A DNA stretch of 13,815 nucleotides from a virus. Where the stretch lies: UHGV virus genome UHGV-1810643; one strand, written 5' to 3'. Positions 1 to 7,841 of the stretch are shown in pieces. A program made the translations under genes and the position numbers. The stretch's first letter is position 1, and every line of letters begins with the position of its first letter. The notes below the pieces were generated by a model that saw only the letters and a list, made by a program, of their open reading frames with translations, had not been told where the DNA came from and did no database searches.

Positions 1-130
1 AGCTGCGGTTGCGTTCCTGAATGGTTACTACGATTGGTTTGGTTGGGTCTGGAAGAATTTGCTGGATAGCTTGAATGGCGTTCTGCTGATGGATGGGGCT
101 TCTTAGTTCAAACGTTAGTTTCCTCACCAT
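1..130 (-). CDS. ninB: NinB-like protein, N-terminal 43 codons (gene continues beyond window start)
   Basis: Minus-strand translation from ATG at 130..128 gives MVRKLTFELRSPIHQQNAIQAIQQILPDPTKPIVVTIQERNRS, close to lambda NinB N-terminus as recalled; AGGAG 5 nt upstream. Confidence 0.8.
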   Translation of the reverse strand, partial: MVRKLTFELRSPIHQQNAIQAIQQILPDPTKPIVVTIQERNRS

Positions 131-272
131 TTACACTCCTGTAATCGTCAAGTGCAGCTGCAATAGTCCCTATCGGGTCATGGTCTTGCCCGATAATCTC
201 ATTTACGTTTTCATCTTCTTCCACACCGAAAAAGAATCGCAGGGCTAACATGATTTCTTCGTATGCGCTCAT
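108..272 (-). CDS. Hypothetical small acidic protein (54 aa)
   Basis: ATG at 272..270 with AAGGAG 5 nt upstream, 2 nt after the stop of the 106-aa ORF; below the ORF-track size cutoff; overlaps ninB start by 23 nt. Confidence 0.4.
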   Translation of the reverse strand: MSAYEEIMLALRFFFGVEEDENVNEIIGQDHDPIGTIAAALDDYRSVNGEETNV

Positions 273-274
273 AC

Positions 275-595
275 TCACTCCTTCACTTTGACTCCAGCAG
301 CGCGGATGTTTTCCTCATAAGCATCCATTGCATCACCGAAGCCATTGGAATAATCAACAGTAAACCCTTTGGCTAATGCTTCTCTGCTGTCGATAAACTT
401 TGGCGCGGTTATTTCAATAGCTGCTCGCGATGCCTGCCACGTTTGCCAGTGGCCTTGAACATCGTCCATCACGTATTGACCACCAATATCACCACTGCCA
501 ATTTCATGGTGATTTTCAGGGTAACGGATAAGGTCTGAAGATTCGCCTCCACGTCGCAACCAACTTTCTTCAAACTGCTTTCTTGATTCGTCCAT
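275..595 (-). CDS. Hypothetical acidic protein (106 aa), not Ren-like
   Basis: ORF track; GAGGGT-type SD upstream of ATG at 595..593; 17 nt after upstream ORF; no similarity recognised. Confidence 0.6.
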   Translation of the reverse strand: MDESRKQFEESWLRRGGESSDLIRYPENHHEIGSGDIGGQYVMDDVQGHWQTWQASRAAIEITAPKFIDSREALAKGFTVDYSNGFGDAMDAYEENIRAAGVKVKE

Positions 596-612
596 CGATA
601 CTTACCCTCAGT

Positions 613-819
613 TCAACTCACAAAACGCCACGCCATTTTTGCTACAGCGACAGGCATAACACCGATAATCACCCAGACAAATGCAGCGCCAAACAACGTA
701 TACCATGGATCTTTACCGTCATTCACAAGGCGAATGTAGCTATGCAGAACAATAAAAAACGTCAGAAGAATCCATCCAACGCCAACGCATTTGAGTGCGA
801 CGAGCATAAACTCAACCAC
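613..819 (-). CDS. Small membrane protein (68 aa from GTG, or 64 aa from ATG at 807), two hydrophobic segments
   Basis: ORF track; GGGGGAGAG SD 6 nt before GTG at 819; hydrophobic stretches ILLTFFIVL and FGAAFVWVIIGVMPVAVA. Confidence 0.5.
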   Translation of the reverse strand: MVEFMLVALKCVGVGWILLTFFIVLHSYIRLVNDGKDPWYTLFGAAFVWVIIGVMPVAVAKMAWRFVS

Positions 820-838
820 GATTTACTCTCCCCCAAAT

Positions 839-865
839 AAAAAGGCCTGCGATTACCAGCAGGCC
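839..865 (-). terminator. tR2-like rho-independent terminator (minus strand)
   Basis: Perfect 7-bp stem ggcctgc (844..850) / gcaggcc (859..865), 8-nt loop, T-run on minus strand (forward aaaaa 839..843); same context as lambda tR2 as recalled. Confidence 0.7.
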
Positions 866-895
866 TGTTACAAGCTCAGTGATGTAGATGGTCAT

Positions 896-2776
896 TTAAT
901 ACTCCGTCACGTTTTCCTGTCGCCACGCCTCGTCATATTCCGATTTCGGCATATTGGCGATGTAGCTATATGGCGATCCTGATTCAAGTTGCAGGAACTG
1001 GTGCGATTGCTCGTCAAGGAACAACGGGACACCACCTTCCCAACCTTCGCCGTTTCGTTGTTTTTCAAGCATCAAAACAGATGCCGGAGACGCCAGTACC
1101 TGTTCGTCCTTCTCTGACATCTTTTCACCACTCTGAACTCTCTGTAACGCTCTCTCGCGAGCCTTGTTACGCCAGATGATGAAAAGGTTGTCTGTCAGGT
1201 CTGTTATCGCTCCAGAGCCTTTTACGTCCATTTTCCCGGTTGGTTTTTCTTCGCTGTCTCCTTTTCGCGAGTGAGTAACGAGAATGACGTGGGAGTTTGT
1301 TTTGTTTTTGAAGTCGCAAATCGAGTCAACAAACGCCTTCTGCCCGTTATAGTCATCGTCGCCTATGCCACATTTCATCAGGCTGTCGATGATGAATAAC
1401 TGGATCCCGTATCGGCGGCGAGCGTAGTCGAATATTTCGATCAGCCTGTCGGCTTTCGCCGTTCCGGTCAGGCCAAACACCCAAAGTCTTTCGTCATAAA
1501 ATTTAAATGCAGAGTCAATTTCCAGCACTGGCGGCATCTTGCAGCACGTTGCCTGACGGGTAAGGCGCTTAAGGAGAATACCAGGCTTCAGCTCAAGTGA
1601 CGCGATGCACGTCTTCACACCCTGACGCATTGCCTCAAGTGCCATATGCCCGACAACCTCCGTTTTTCCGTGACCGTTCACACCATTGACCAGCGTCAAC
1701 TCGGCCTCACGGAACTGGAATTTATCTGCCAGAGATTCCCACGGTGGATTAAACAGATACTGCTGCTTGCCGTAGAAAGCGTTGATAGTGTCCTGGTAAA
1801 ACTCTCGCGCGCTGTAGAGTTCTTCAGGATCAAAGTAGGATGCCGTGCCGATGTACTGCCAGATTGCATCCTCGGTAACACCGTTCATCAGGCATTCGTT
1901 GATGTCTTTGTACGGCAGAGTAACAAGACGGCAACGATGTTCACCGAGTCGGCTTGCGATTTCCCTTGCGGCTTCACGACCAACATCATCAACGTCCATC
2001 GAGATGAATATTTCCTCAAACCTGTCGAGGTTGTGATACTCAAACTCAATCCACTGTTGCTTAGCGCCTTTCCCTCCACCAAACGGTACGGATAACGCCG
2101 AGATGCCGTATTGCGCATAGCTCATACAATCAATTTCGCCTTCGCAAAGTACAACCGCCCTCACGCCAGCGTCCAGAGCCTGCCATCCGAACAGACAAGG
2201 TTCGCAATCACCTTCTGCCATAATGACTTTCTTCCCGTCCGGGCGCTCAGTGCTGATTCGCTTGACCTGCAACAACTCACCATCGCGTTTGTACGGAATC
2301 ACCAGAGCATCCAGTTCCCGCTCTCCATTCCACACCTTGCCGCTGACAACCTCGTAGCGCTTTACGATTTCTGGCGATATGCCACGCGATTGCAGGTACT
2401 CAAGATGGGATTCTGTTCTGGTAACGTAGCGGGCGATTTTCTTGCGATCAGGTCTGGAGAATTTTTTCTCACGTCTGGCATCGAAATGGTGATCGTCATC
2501 CTTGATACCGAGAAATGCTTTCGCTTCCTGCATAGCCTGATGCAGGTTAATTCCACGACATGCCATCCACAAATCAAGCATGTCACCGCCGTCTCCCTCA
2601 GCGAAATCAGCCCATTTTTTCTTGCCGCTAAGGTTGACCTTAAGGCTGTTTCCCTTGTCACCGTTGATGTTACCGGCAACCCACTCATGCCCCTCTTTCT
2701 TGCCGTTTGGCAACAGGTGCGGAGCCACCCTGTCAACCTGCGCCCAAAGCAGGTCGCTAAGTTCACTTGGCGTCAT
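896..2776 (-). CDS. Bifunctional primase-helicase (626 aa): TOPRIM primase domain plus C-terminal Walker A (DnaB/T7 gp4-like) helicase
   Basis: ORF track; TOPRIM-like motif CEGEIDCMS; Walker A GVNGHGKTE; occupies the position of lambda P. Confidence 0.88.
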   Translation of the reverse strand: MTPSELSDLLWAQVDRVAPHLLPNGKKEGHEWVAGNINGDKGNSLKVNLSGKKKWADFAEGDGGDMLDLWMACRGINLHQAMQEAKAFLGIKDDDHHFDARREKKFSRPDRKKIARYVTRTESHLEYLQSRGISPEIVKRYEVVSGKVWNGERELDALVIPYKRDGELLQVKRISTERPDGKKVIMAEGDCEPCLFGWQALDAGVRAVVLCEGEIDCMSYAQYGISALSVPFGGGKGAKQQWIEFEYHNLDRFEEIFISMDVDDVGREAAREIASRLGEHRCRLVTLPYKDINECLMNGVTEDAIWQYIGTASYFDPEELYSAREFYQDTINAFYGKQQYLFNPPWESLADKFQFREAELTLVNGVNGHGKTEVVGHMALEAMRQGVKTCIASLELKPGILLKRLTRQATCCKMPPVLEIDSAFKFYDERLWVFGLTGTAKADRLIEIFDYARRRYGIQLFIIDSLMKCGIGDDDYNGQKAFVDSICDFKNKTNSHVILVTHSRKGDSEEKPTGKMDVKGSGAITDLTDNLFIIWRNKARERALQRVQSGEKMSEKDEQVLASPASVLMLEKQRNGEGWEGGVPLFLDEQSHQFLQLESGSPYSYIANMPKSEYDEAWRQENVTEY

Positions 2777-2880
2777 GATTCCCTCAGATTGAGATTTTTA
2801 AACCAGAAATCGACAAACGAAATACTTAACCAGCCGTGGTTATAACCAGCGACCAGTAGCGATTTGATTTTTGATTTCAT
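2773..2880 (-). CDS. Possible 35-aa coupled mini-ORF between O-like gene and primase-helicase
   Basis: ATG at 2880..2878; stop overlaps primase-helicase start in an ATGA arrangement; weak SD; below ORF-track cutoff. Confidence 0.25.
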   Translation of the reverse strand: MKSKIKSLLVAGYNHGWLSISFVDFWFKNLNLRES

Positions 2881-2883
2881 GGT

Positions 2884-3744
2884 TCACCTGTCGAAAAACA
2901 CGTAGCCAGTTTTCGATACGGTGATTGCGGATGATGGTTTGGATTGTGGTTGAATGGTTTCTGGCTTTTCGTCGTTCCAGCGTTGACCGTTCAGGTAGCT
3001 CGATGGTAACAACCTGTCGAATCCGAACTGCTTACCATTCCTGCATGCGATGTCTTCTGCCAGCATCGTGGCAAACTCGCTTGCCGTCCCCCTGGTAGTT
3101 TTACGCCATTCCCTGAACTGTGTTCTGAATGCCGAAGCTGCGTTTTTCTTCCCGGCTTTCCGCATGCCTGCACACCAGAATATTTCCTCGAATGCCTTGT
3201 CGGTTTCTTCGTGACGGTCATGTGATTTTTCACACTCCGTCCGAACACTTTCGGACATAGTGTTTTTATTATTTCTTTTTTCTTTTGTAATAGTTTCTTT
3301 TGTGTGTCCCTGTTTTGGTGACAGCGCTGTCACCGTTTTGGTGACACTTTTTGTCACCAATGCAGTGACATTATCACCAGAGTAGTGACACCCTTCGATT
3401 TGCCATTCCTCGATGTTCTTGTTAGGCCCGATTTGCTGGCCTTCGCGAAGGATAACCTTCATCGCGATAAGCTCATTCTTGGCCTTGTTTACCTTCTGTC
3501 TTGGCAGCCTGGTAATTTGAGCTAACTGACTATCAGAGATGCGATCCATCTTTTTACCGTAGCCGTATGTTTTACGGCATATGGCGTGGGCAACCTTGCT
3601 CTGATTTTTCGTTAAATCTGCGCCGATAAGCTCTTCATACAGGGCATTTGCAAGACGGGTATAACCATCTTCAACTTCTGCCACACGACGCTCCACAGGC
3701 CGTTGTGAAGGCCTTAAATGTGTTACGGTTGCAAGATTACTCAT
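2884..3744 (-). CDS. Replication initiator, lambda O-like N-terminal DNA-binding domain with divergent C-terminal domain (286 aa)
   Basis: ORF track; N-terminal region [26 protein letters not shown]...[16 protein letters not shown] resembles lambda O as recalled; AAGGAG SD; iteron origin inside the gene. Confidence 0.85.
   Translation of the reverse strand: MSNLATVTHLRPSQRPVERRVAEVEDGYTRLANALYEELIGADLTKNQSKVAHAICRKTYGYGKKMDRISDSQLAQITRLPRQKVNKAKNELIAMKVILREGQQIGPNKNIEEWQIEGCHYSGDNVTALVTKSVTKTVTALSPKQGHTKETITKEKRNNKNTMSESVRTECEKSHDRHEETDKAFEEIFWCAGMRKAGKKNAASAFRTQFREWRKTTRGTASEFATMLAEDIACRNGKQFGFDRLLPSSYLNGQRWNDEKPETIQPQSKPSSAITVSKTGYVFFDR
3263..3393. repeat. Replication origin: four GTGACA-containing iterons (3317..3393) next to an A/T-rich tract (3263..3300)
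   Basis: GTGACA at 3318, 3341, 3365, 3385 with 20-24 bp spacing; perfect palindrome GGTGACAGCGCTGTCACC at 3317..3334; A/T-rich run on the side expected for an ori-lambda-type layout. Confidence 0.7.
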
Positions 3745-3883
3745 GACCTTTCTCCTTCTGCATCAGCTTCACTTTTTCCAACTCAGCCCGGAATCGACCA
3801 GGCTGCTTGAAGCTGGACAGGAAGCGATCACGTAGTATGTGTTTGTGAATTTTGTCCTGGTAAGGACTGAGTTGTTTTGTCAT
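3737..3883 (-). CDS. Possible 48-aa basic protein in the cII-O intergenic region
   Basis: ATG at 3883..3881 with AGGAG 5 nt upstream; stop overlaps the O-like start; below ORF-track cutoff. Confidence 0.3.
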   Translation of the reverse strand: MTKQLSPYQDKIHKHILRDRFLSSFKQPGRFRAELEKVKLMQKEKGHE

Positions 3884-3917
3884 AATTACTCCTGTGGATT
3901 GATCCAGTCTTTCTACA

Positions 3918-4196
3918 TCAGGCCTCGAAGAATTCGCCGTTCTTCGGGGCTTTTTCTTTTGTCAGCATTCTGGCTACTTGCTTAGCCAGTTCCGCCAACT
4001 CCTCGTCTTCAACACCCCATTCCAGCACAGCCAGAAGCATGGCCATCTTTGGGATAAAGCTGTCTTTCCATCGCGAAATTTGCGATTCATTAATCCCTAA
4101 CGCGTCGGCAACCTTTCGCTGACCACGTACAGCAATTCGATTCAGGATGTTGCTTGTAATTGCATTCGCTTTCTTGCGAGTACTTGTAAGTTGCAT
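3918..4196 (-). CDS. cII: CII-like transcriptional activator (92 aa), divergent from lambda CII
   Basis: Start set at ATG 4196..4194 because the upstream leader matches the lambda cII leader as recalled; conserved SQISRWK helix; ORF-track upstream extension rejected. Confidence 0.85.
   Translation of the reverse strand: MQLTSTRKKANAITSNILNRIAVRGQRKVADALGINESQISRWKDSFIPKMAMLLAVLEWGVEDEELAELAKQVARMLTKEKAPKNGEFFEA
3923..3960 (+). terminator. oop-like antisense terminator overlapping the 3' end of cII
   Basis: Plus-strand hairpin cctcgaagaa / ttcttcgggg (one mismatch), 7-nt loop, followed by ctttttctttt; antisense to cII C-terminal codons, as for lambda oop. Confidence 0.55.
4174..4187 (+). promoter_or_regulatory. 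pRE-like CII binding site (TTGC-N6-TTGT) inside the cII 5' coding region
   Basis: TTGC at 4174..4177 and TTGT at 4184..4187, same distance from the cII ATG as the lambda pRE TTGC repeats (recalled); oriented toward cro antisense / cI. Confidence 0.5.
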
Positions 4197-4275
4197 ATGT
4201 AAGTATTTCCTTAGATAACAATTGATTGAATGTATGCAAATAAATGCATACACCATAGGTGTGGTTTAATTTGAT

Positions 4276-4307
4276 GCCCTTTTTCAGGGCTGGAATGTGT
4301 AAGAGCG
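4276..4307 (-). promoter_or_regulatory. nutR (boxB and boxA)
   Basis: Minus-strand boxB GCCCTGAAAAAGGGC (4276..4290) and boxA CGCTCTTAC (4299..4307). Confidence 0.8.
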
Positions 4308-4314
4308 GGGTTAT

Positions 4315-4524
<210 letters not shown>

Positions 4525-4531
4525 TTAGTAC

Positions 4532-4599
4532 ATGCAACCATTATCACCGCCAGAGGTAAAATAGTCAACACGCACGGTGTTAGATATTTATCCCTTGCG
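4532..4599. promoter_or_regulatory. OR1-OR2-OR3 operators with divergent pR (minus) and pRM (plus)
   Basis: OR1 tatcaccgccagaggta 4532..4548; OR2 4556..4572; OR3 tatcccttgcggtgata 4579..4595; pRM -35 tagata 4571..4576 and -10 tagatt 4594..4599. Confidence 0.9.
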
Positions 4600-4612
4600 G
4601 TGATAGATTTAA

Positions 4613-5329
<717 letters not shown>

Positions 5330-5441
5330 TCGGCAAGGTGTTCTGGTCGGCGCATAGCTGATAACAATTGAGCAAGAATCTTCATCGAATTAGGGGAATT
5401 TTCACTCCCCTCAGAACATAACATAGTAAATGGATTGAATT

Positions 5442-6281
5442 ATGAAGAATGGTTTTTATGCGACTTACCGCAGCAAAAATAAAGGGAAAGATAAGCGCTC
5501 AATAAACCTGTCTGTTTTCCTTAATTCTCTGCTGGCTGATAATCATCACCTGCAGGTTGGCTCCAATTATTTGTATATTCATAAAATCGATGGAAAAACT
5601 TTTCTCTTTACCAAAACAAATGACAAGAGTCTGGTTCAGAAGATAAATCGCTCTAAAGCTTCAGTTGAAGATATTAAGAACAGCCTCGCAGATGACGAAT
5701 CATTGGGATTCCCATCTTTTTTGTTTGTTGAAGGCGACACCATTGGTTTTGCCAGAACTGTTTTCGGGCCGACCACATCCGATCTGACAGATTTTTTAAT
5801 CGGGAAAGGAATGTCATTAAGCAGTGGAGAGCGCGTTCAGATAGAGCCACTGATGAGGGGAACCACCAAAGACGATGTTATGCATATGCATTTCATCGGC
5901 CGAACAACGGTGAAGGTAGAAGCCAAGCTACCTGTATTTGGCGATATATTAAAGGTCTTAGGGGCAACAGATATTGAAGGGGAGCTTTTTGACTCATTGG
6001 ATATAGTCATTAAGCCAAAATTTAAAAGGGATATAAAAAAGGTTGCCAAGGATATTATTTTTAACCCGTCACCTCAATTTTCAGACATTAGCCTGCGGGC
6101 AAAAGATGAGGCCGGAGATATTTTAACAGAACATTATCTATCAGAAAAAGGCCATCTCTCAGCGCCTCTGAACAAGGTCACCAATGCTGAGATAGCTGAA
6201 GAGATGGCATATTGCTACGCAAGAATGAAAAGTGATATACTGGAATGTTTTAAAAGGCAGGTGGGCAAAGTTAAGGATTAA
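5442..6281 (+). CDS. rexA: RexA (279 aa)
   Basis: ORF-track protein beginning MKNGFYATYRSKNKGKDKRSINLSVF matches lambda RexA as recalled. Confidence 0.95.
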   Translation: MKNGFYATYRSKNKGKDKRSINLSVFLNSLLADNHHLQVGSNYLYIHKIDGKTFLFTKTNDKSLVQKINRSKASVEDIKNSLADDESLGFPSFLFVEGDTIGFARTVFGPTTSDLTDFLIGKGMSLSSGERVQIEPLMRGTTKDDVMHMHFIGRTTVKVEAKLPVFGDILKVLGATDIEGELFDSLDIVIKPKFKRDIKKVAKDIIFNPSPQFSDISLRAKDEAGDILTEHYLSEKGHLSAPLNKVTNAEIAEEMAYCYARMKSDILECFKRQVGKVKD

Positions 6282-6296
6282 TTATCAGGAGTAATT

Positions 6297-6731
6297 ATGC
6301 GGAACAGAATCATGCCTGGTGTTTACATAGTAATAATTCCTTACGTTATCGTAAGCATTTGCTATCTCCTTTTCCGCCACTACATTCCTGGTGTTTCTTT
6401 TTCAGCTCATAGAGATGGTCTTGGGGCGACATTGTCATCATATGCAGGAACCATGATTGCAATCCTGATTGCTGCCTTGACGTTTCTAATCGGAAGCAGA
6501 ACGCGCCGACTGGCCAAGATTAGAGAGTATGGGTATATGACATCGGTAGTTATTGTCTATGCCCTTAGTTTTGTTGAGCTTGGAGCTTTGTTTTTCTGCG
6601 GGTTATTGCTTCTTTCCAGCATAAGCGGCTACATGATACCCACTATCGCCATCGGCATTGCCTCTGCATCGTTCATTCATATATGCATCCTTGTTTTCCA
6701 ACTATATAATTTGACCAGAGAACAAGAATAA
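6297..6731 (+). CDS. rexB: RexB (144 aa), polytopic membrane protein
   Basis: ORF-track protein matches lambda RexB as recalled; several hydrophobic segments. Confidence 0.95.
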   Translation: MRNRIMPGVYIVIIPYVIVSICYLLFRHYIPGVSFSAHRDGLGATLSSYAGTMIAILIAALTFLIGSRTRRLAKIREYGYMTSVVIVYALSFVELGALFFCGLLLLSSISGYMIPTIAIGIASASFIHICILVFQLYNLTREQE

Positions 6732-6756
6732 CCCGGCCTCAGCGCCGGGTTTTCTT
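6732..6756 (+). terminator. Rho-independent terminator after rexB (tImm)
   Basis: Stem cccggc (6732..6737) / gccggg (6743..6748) followed by ttttcttt. Confidence 0.8.
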
Positions 6757-6904
6757 TGCCTCACGATCGCCCCCAAAACACATAACCAATTGTATTATTG
6801 AAAAATAAATAGATACAACTCACTAAACATAGCAATTCAGATCTCTCACCTACCAAACAATGCCCCCCCTGCAAAAAATAAATTCATATAAAAAACATAC
6901 AGAT

Positions 6905-6967
6905 AACCATCTGCGGTGATAAATTATCTCTGGCGGTGTTGACATAAATACCACTGGCGGTGATACT
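6905..6967 (+). promoter_or_regulatory. OL3-OL2-OL1 operators and pL promoter
   Basis: OL3 6905..6921, OL2 6925..6941, OL1 6949..6965; -35 ttgaca 6939..6944, -10 gatact 6962..6967. Confidence 0.9.
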
Positions 6968-7007
6968 GAGCACATCAGCAGGACGCACTGACCACCATGA
7001 AGGTGAC

Positions 7008-7037
7008 GCTCTTAAAAATTAAGCCCTGAAGAAGGGC
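7008..7037 (+). promoter_or_regulatory. nutL (boxA and boxB)
   Basis: boxA cgctcttaa 7008..7016; boxB gccctgaagaagggc 7023..7037. Confidence 0.85.
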
Positions 7038-7235
7038 AGCATTCAAAGCAGAAGGCTTTGGGATTGGATGAATGAGCAGGCTGATGCTCGACCAATGTAT
7101 AAACAGCGCTCATGGCAAGCAGTAACCAATCTGCGCCTCAAGACAGCGTCACTGGTAGTGCGGGCGCTCTAACCAGTAAGCCGGGGTTCAGCGCCGGCCA
7201 TCCAATCACCAAAGCTAACTGACAGGAGAATCCAG

Positions 7236-7562
7236 ATGGATGCACAAACACGCCGCCGCGAACGTCGCGCAGAGAAACAGGCTCAATGGAAAGCAGCAAA
7301 TCCCCTGTTGGTTGGGGTAAGCGCAAAACCAGTTAACCGCCCTATTCTCTCGCTGAATCGCAAACCGAAATCACGAGTAGAAAGCGCACTGAATCCAATA
7401 GACCTTACAGTGCTGGCTGAATACCACGAACAGATTGAAAGCAACCTGCAACGTATTGAGCGCAAGAATCAGCGCACATGGTACAGCAAGCCACGCAGTG
7501 AAATGGGGGTGACTTGTGTTGGTCGCCAGAAAATGAAATTAGGCAGCAAACCACTTATTTGA
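7236..7562 (+). CDS. N: Antiterminator N (107 aa) with variant C-terminus
   Basis: ORF-track protein MDAQTRRRERRAEKQAQWKAANPLL matches lambda N at the arginine-rich N-terminus; last ~25 residues differ from lambda N as recalled. Confidence 0.9.
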   Translation: MDAQTRRRERRAEKQAQWKAANPLLVGVSAKPVNRPILSLNRKPKSRVESALNPIDLTVLAEYHEQIESNLQRIERKNQRTWYSKPRSEMGVTCVGRQKMKLGSKPLI

Positions 7563-7570
7563 GGTGATAT

Positions 7571-7657
7571 ATGGAAGAAGAATTTGAAGAGTTCGAAGAG
7601 CATCCGCAGGATGTGATGGAACAATACCAGGACTATCCGTATGACTACGACTATTGA
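7571..7657 (+). CDS. 28-aa acidic peptide (lambda orf28-like)
   Basis: ATG at 7571 with GAGGTGA SD overlapping the N stop; translation MEEEFEEFEEHPQDVMEQYQDYPYDYDY; 17-nt overlap with ral start. Confidence 0.4.
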   Translation: MEEEFEEFEEHPQDVMEQYQDYPYDYDY

Positions 7658-7841
7658 TAAGAATCAATGGTGTGGACAATTCAAGCGATGCAATGGATGC
7701 AAGCTGCAATCGGAATGCATGGTTAAGCCTGAAGAAATGTTTCCTGTAATGGAAGATGGGAAATATGTCGATAAATGGGCAATACGAACGACGGCAATGA
7801 TTGCCAGAGAACTTGGTAAACAGAATAACAAGGCTGCCTGA
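7641..7841 (+). CDS. ral: Ral restriction-alleviation protein (66 aa)
   Basis: ORF-track protein MTTTIDKNQWCGQFKRCNGCKLQSEC matches lambda Ral as recalled. Confidence 0.85.
   Translation: MTTTIDKNQWCGQFKRCNGCKLQSECMVKPEEMFPVMEDGKYVDKWAIRTTAMIARELGKQNNKAA

Noticed and set aside
583-840. Plus-strand 85-aa ORF from the ORF track
   Set aside because: Lies antisense to the better-supported minus-strand 68-aa and 106-aa ORFs and has no SD
812-895. Minus-strand 27-codon ORF starting immediately after the primase-helicase stop (MTIYITELVTGLL...)
   Set aside because: It is mostly the coding image of the tR2-like hairpin; a comparable short ORF spans lambda tR2 as recalled, so it is more likely a terminator context than a gene
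970-2845. Several plus-strand ORFs inside the primase-helicase gene (970..1179, 1646..2095, 1845..2036, 2111..2845, 2580..2792) and nested minus-strand ORFs (1696..1881, 1888..2118, 2362..2766)
   Set aside because: All overlap the long, motif-supported primase-helicase frame; no SDs noted
2991-3248. Minus-strand 85-aa ORF nested inside the O-like gene
   Set aside because: Alternative frame of the O-like gene with no independent support
3317-3393. CRISPR-like repeat array
   Set aside because: Only four short dyad repeats with spacers shorter than CRISPR spacers, inside a replication initiator gene next to an A/T-rich tract; these are origin iterons
3918-4256. ORF-track extension of cII to 112 aa
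   Set aside because: The extra codons run through the conserved nutR-proximal leader; the ATG at 4196 is the one preceded by the lambda cII leader
5837-6049. Minus-strand 70-aa ORF inside rexA
   Set aside because: Antisense to rexA; no support
7068-7172. 34-codon ORF inside the replaced N-leader segment
   Set aside because: No recognisable SD; lies in a leader expected to be structured RNA; kept only as a note in the N-leader finding
7138-7465. Minus-strand ORFs 7138..7326 and 7283..7465
   Set aside because: Antisense to the N leader and N coding sequence
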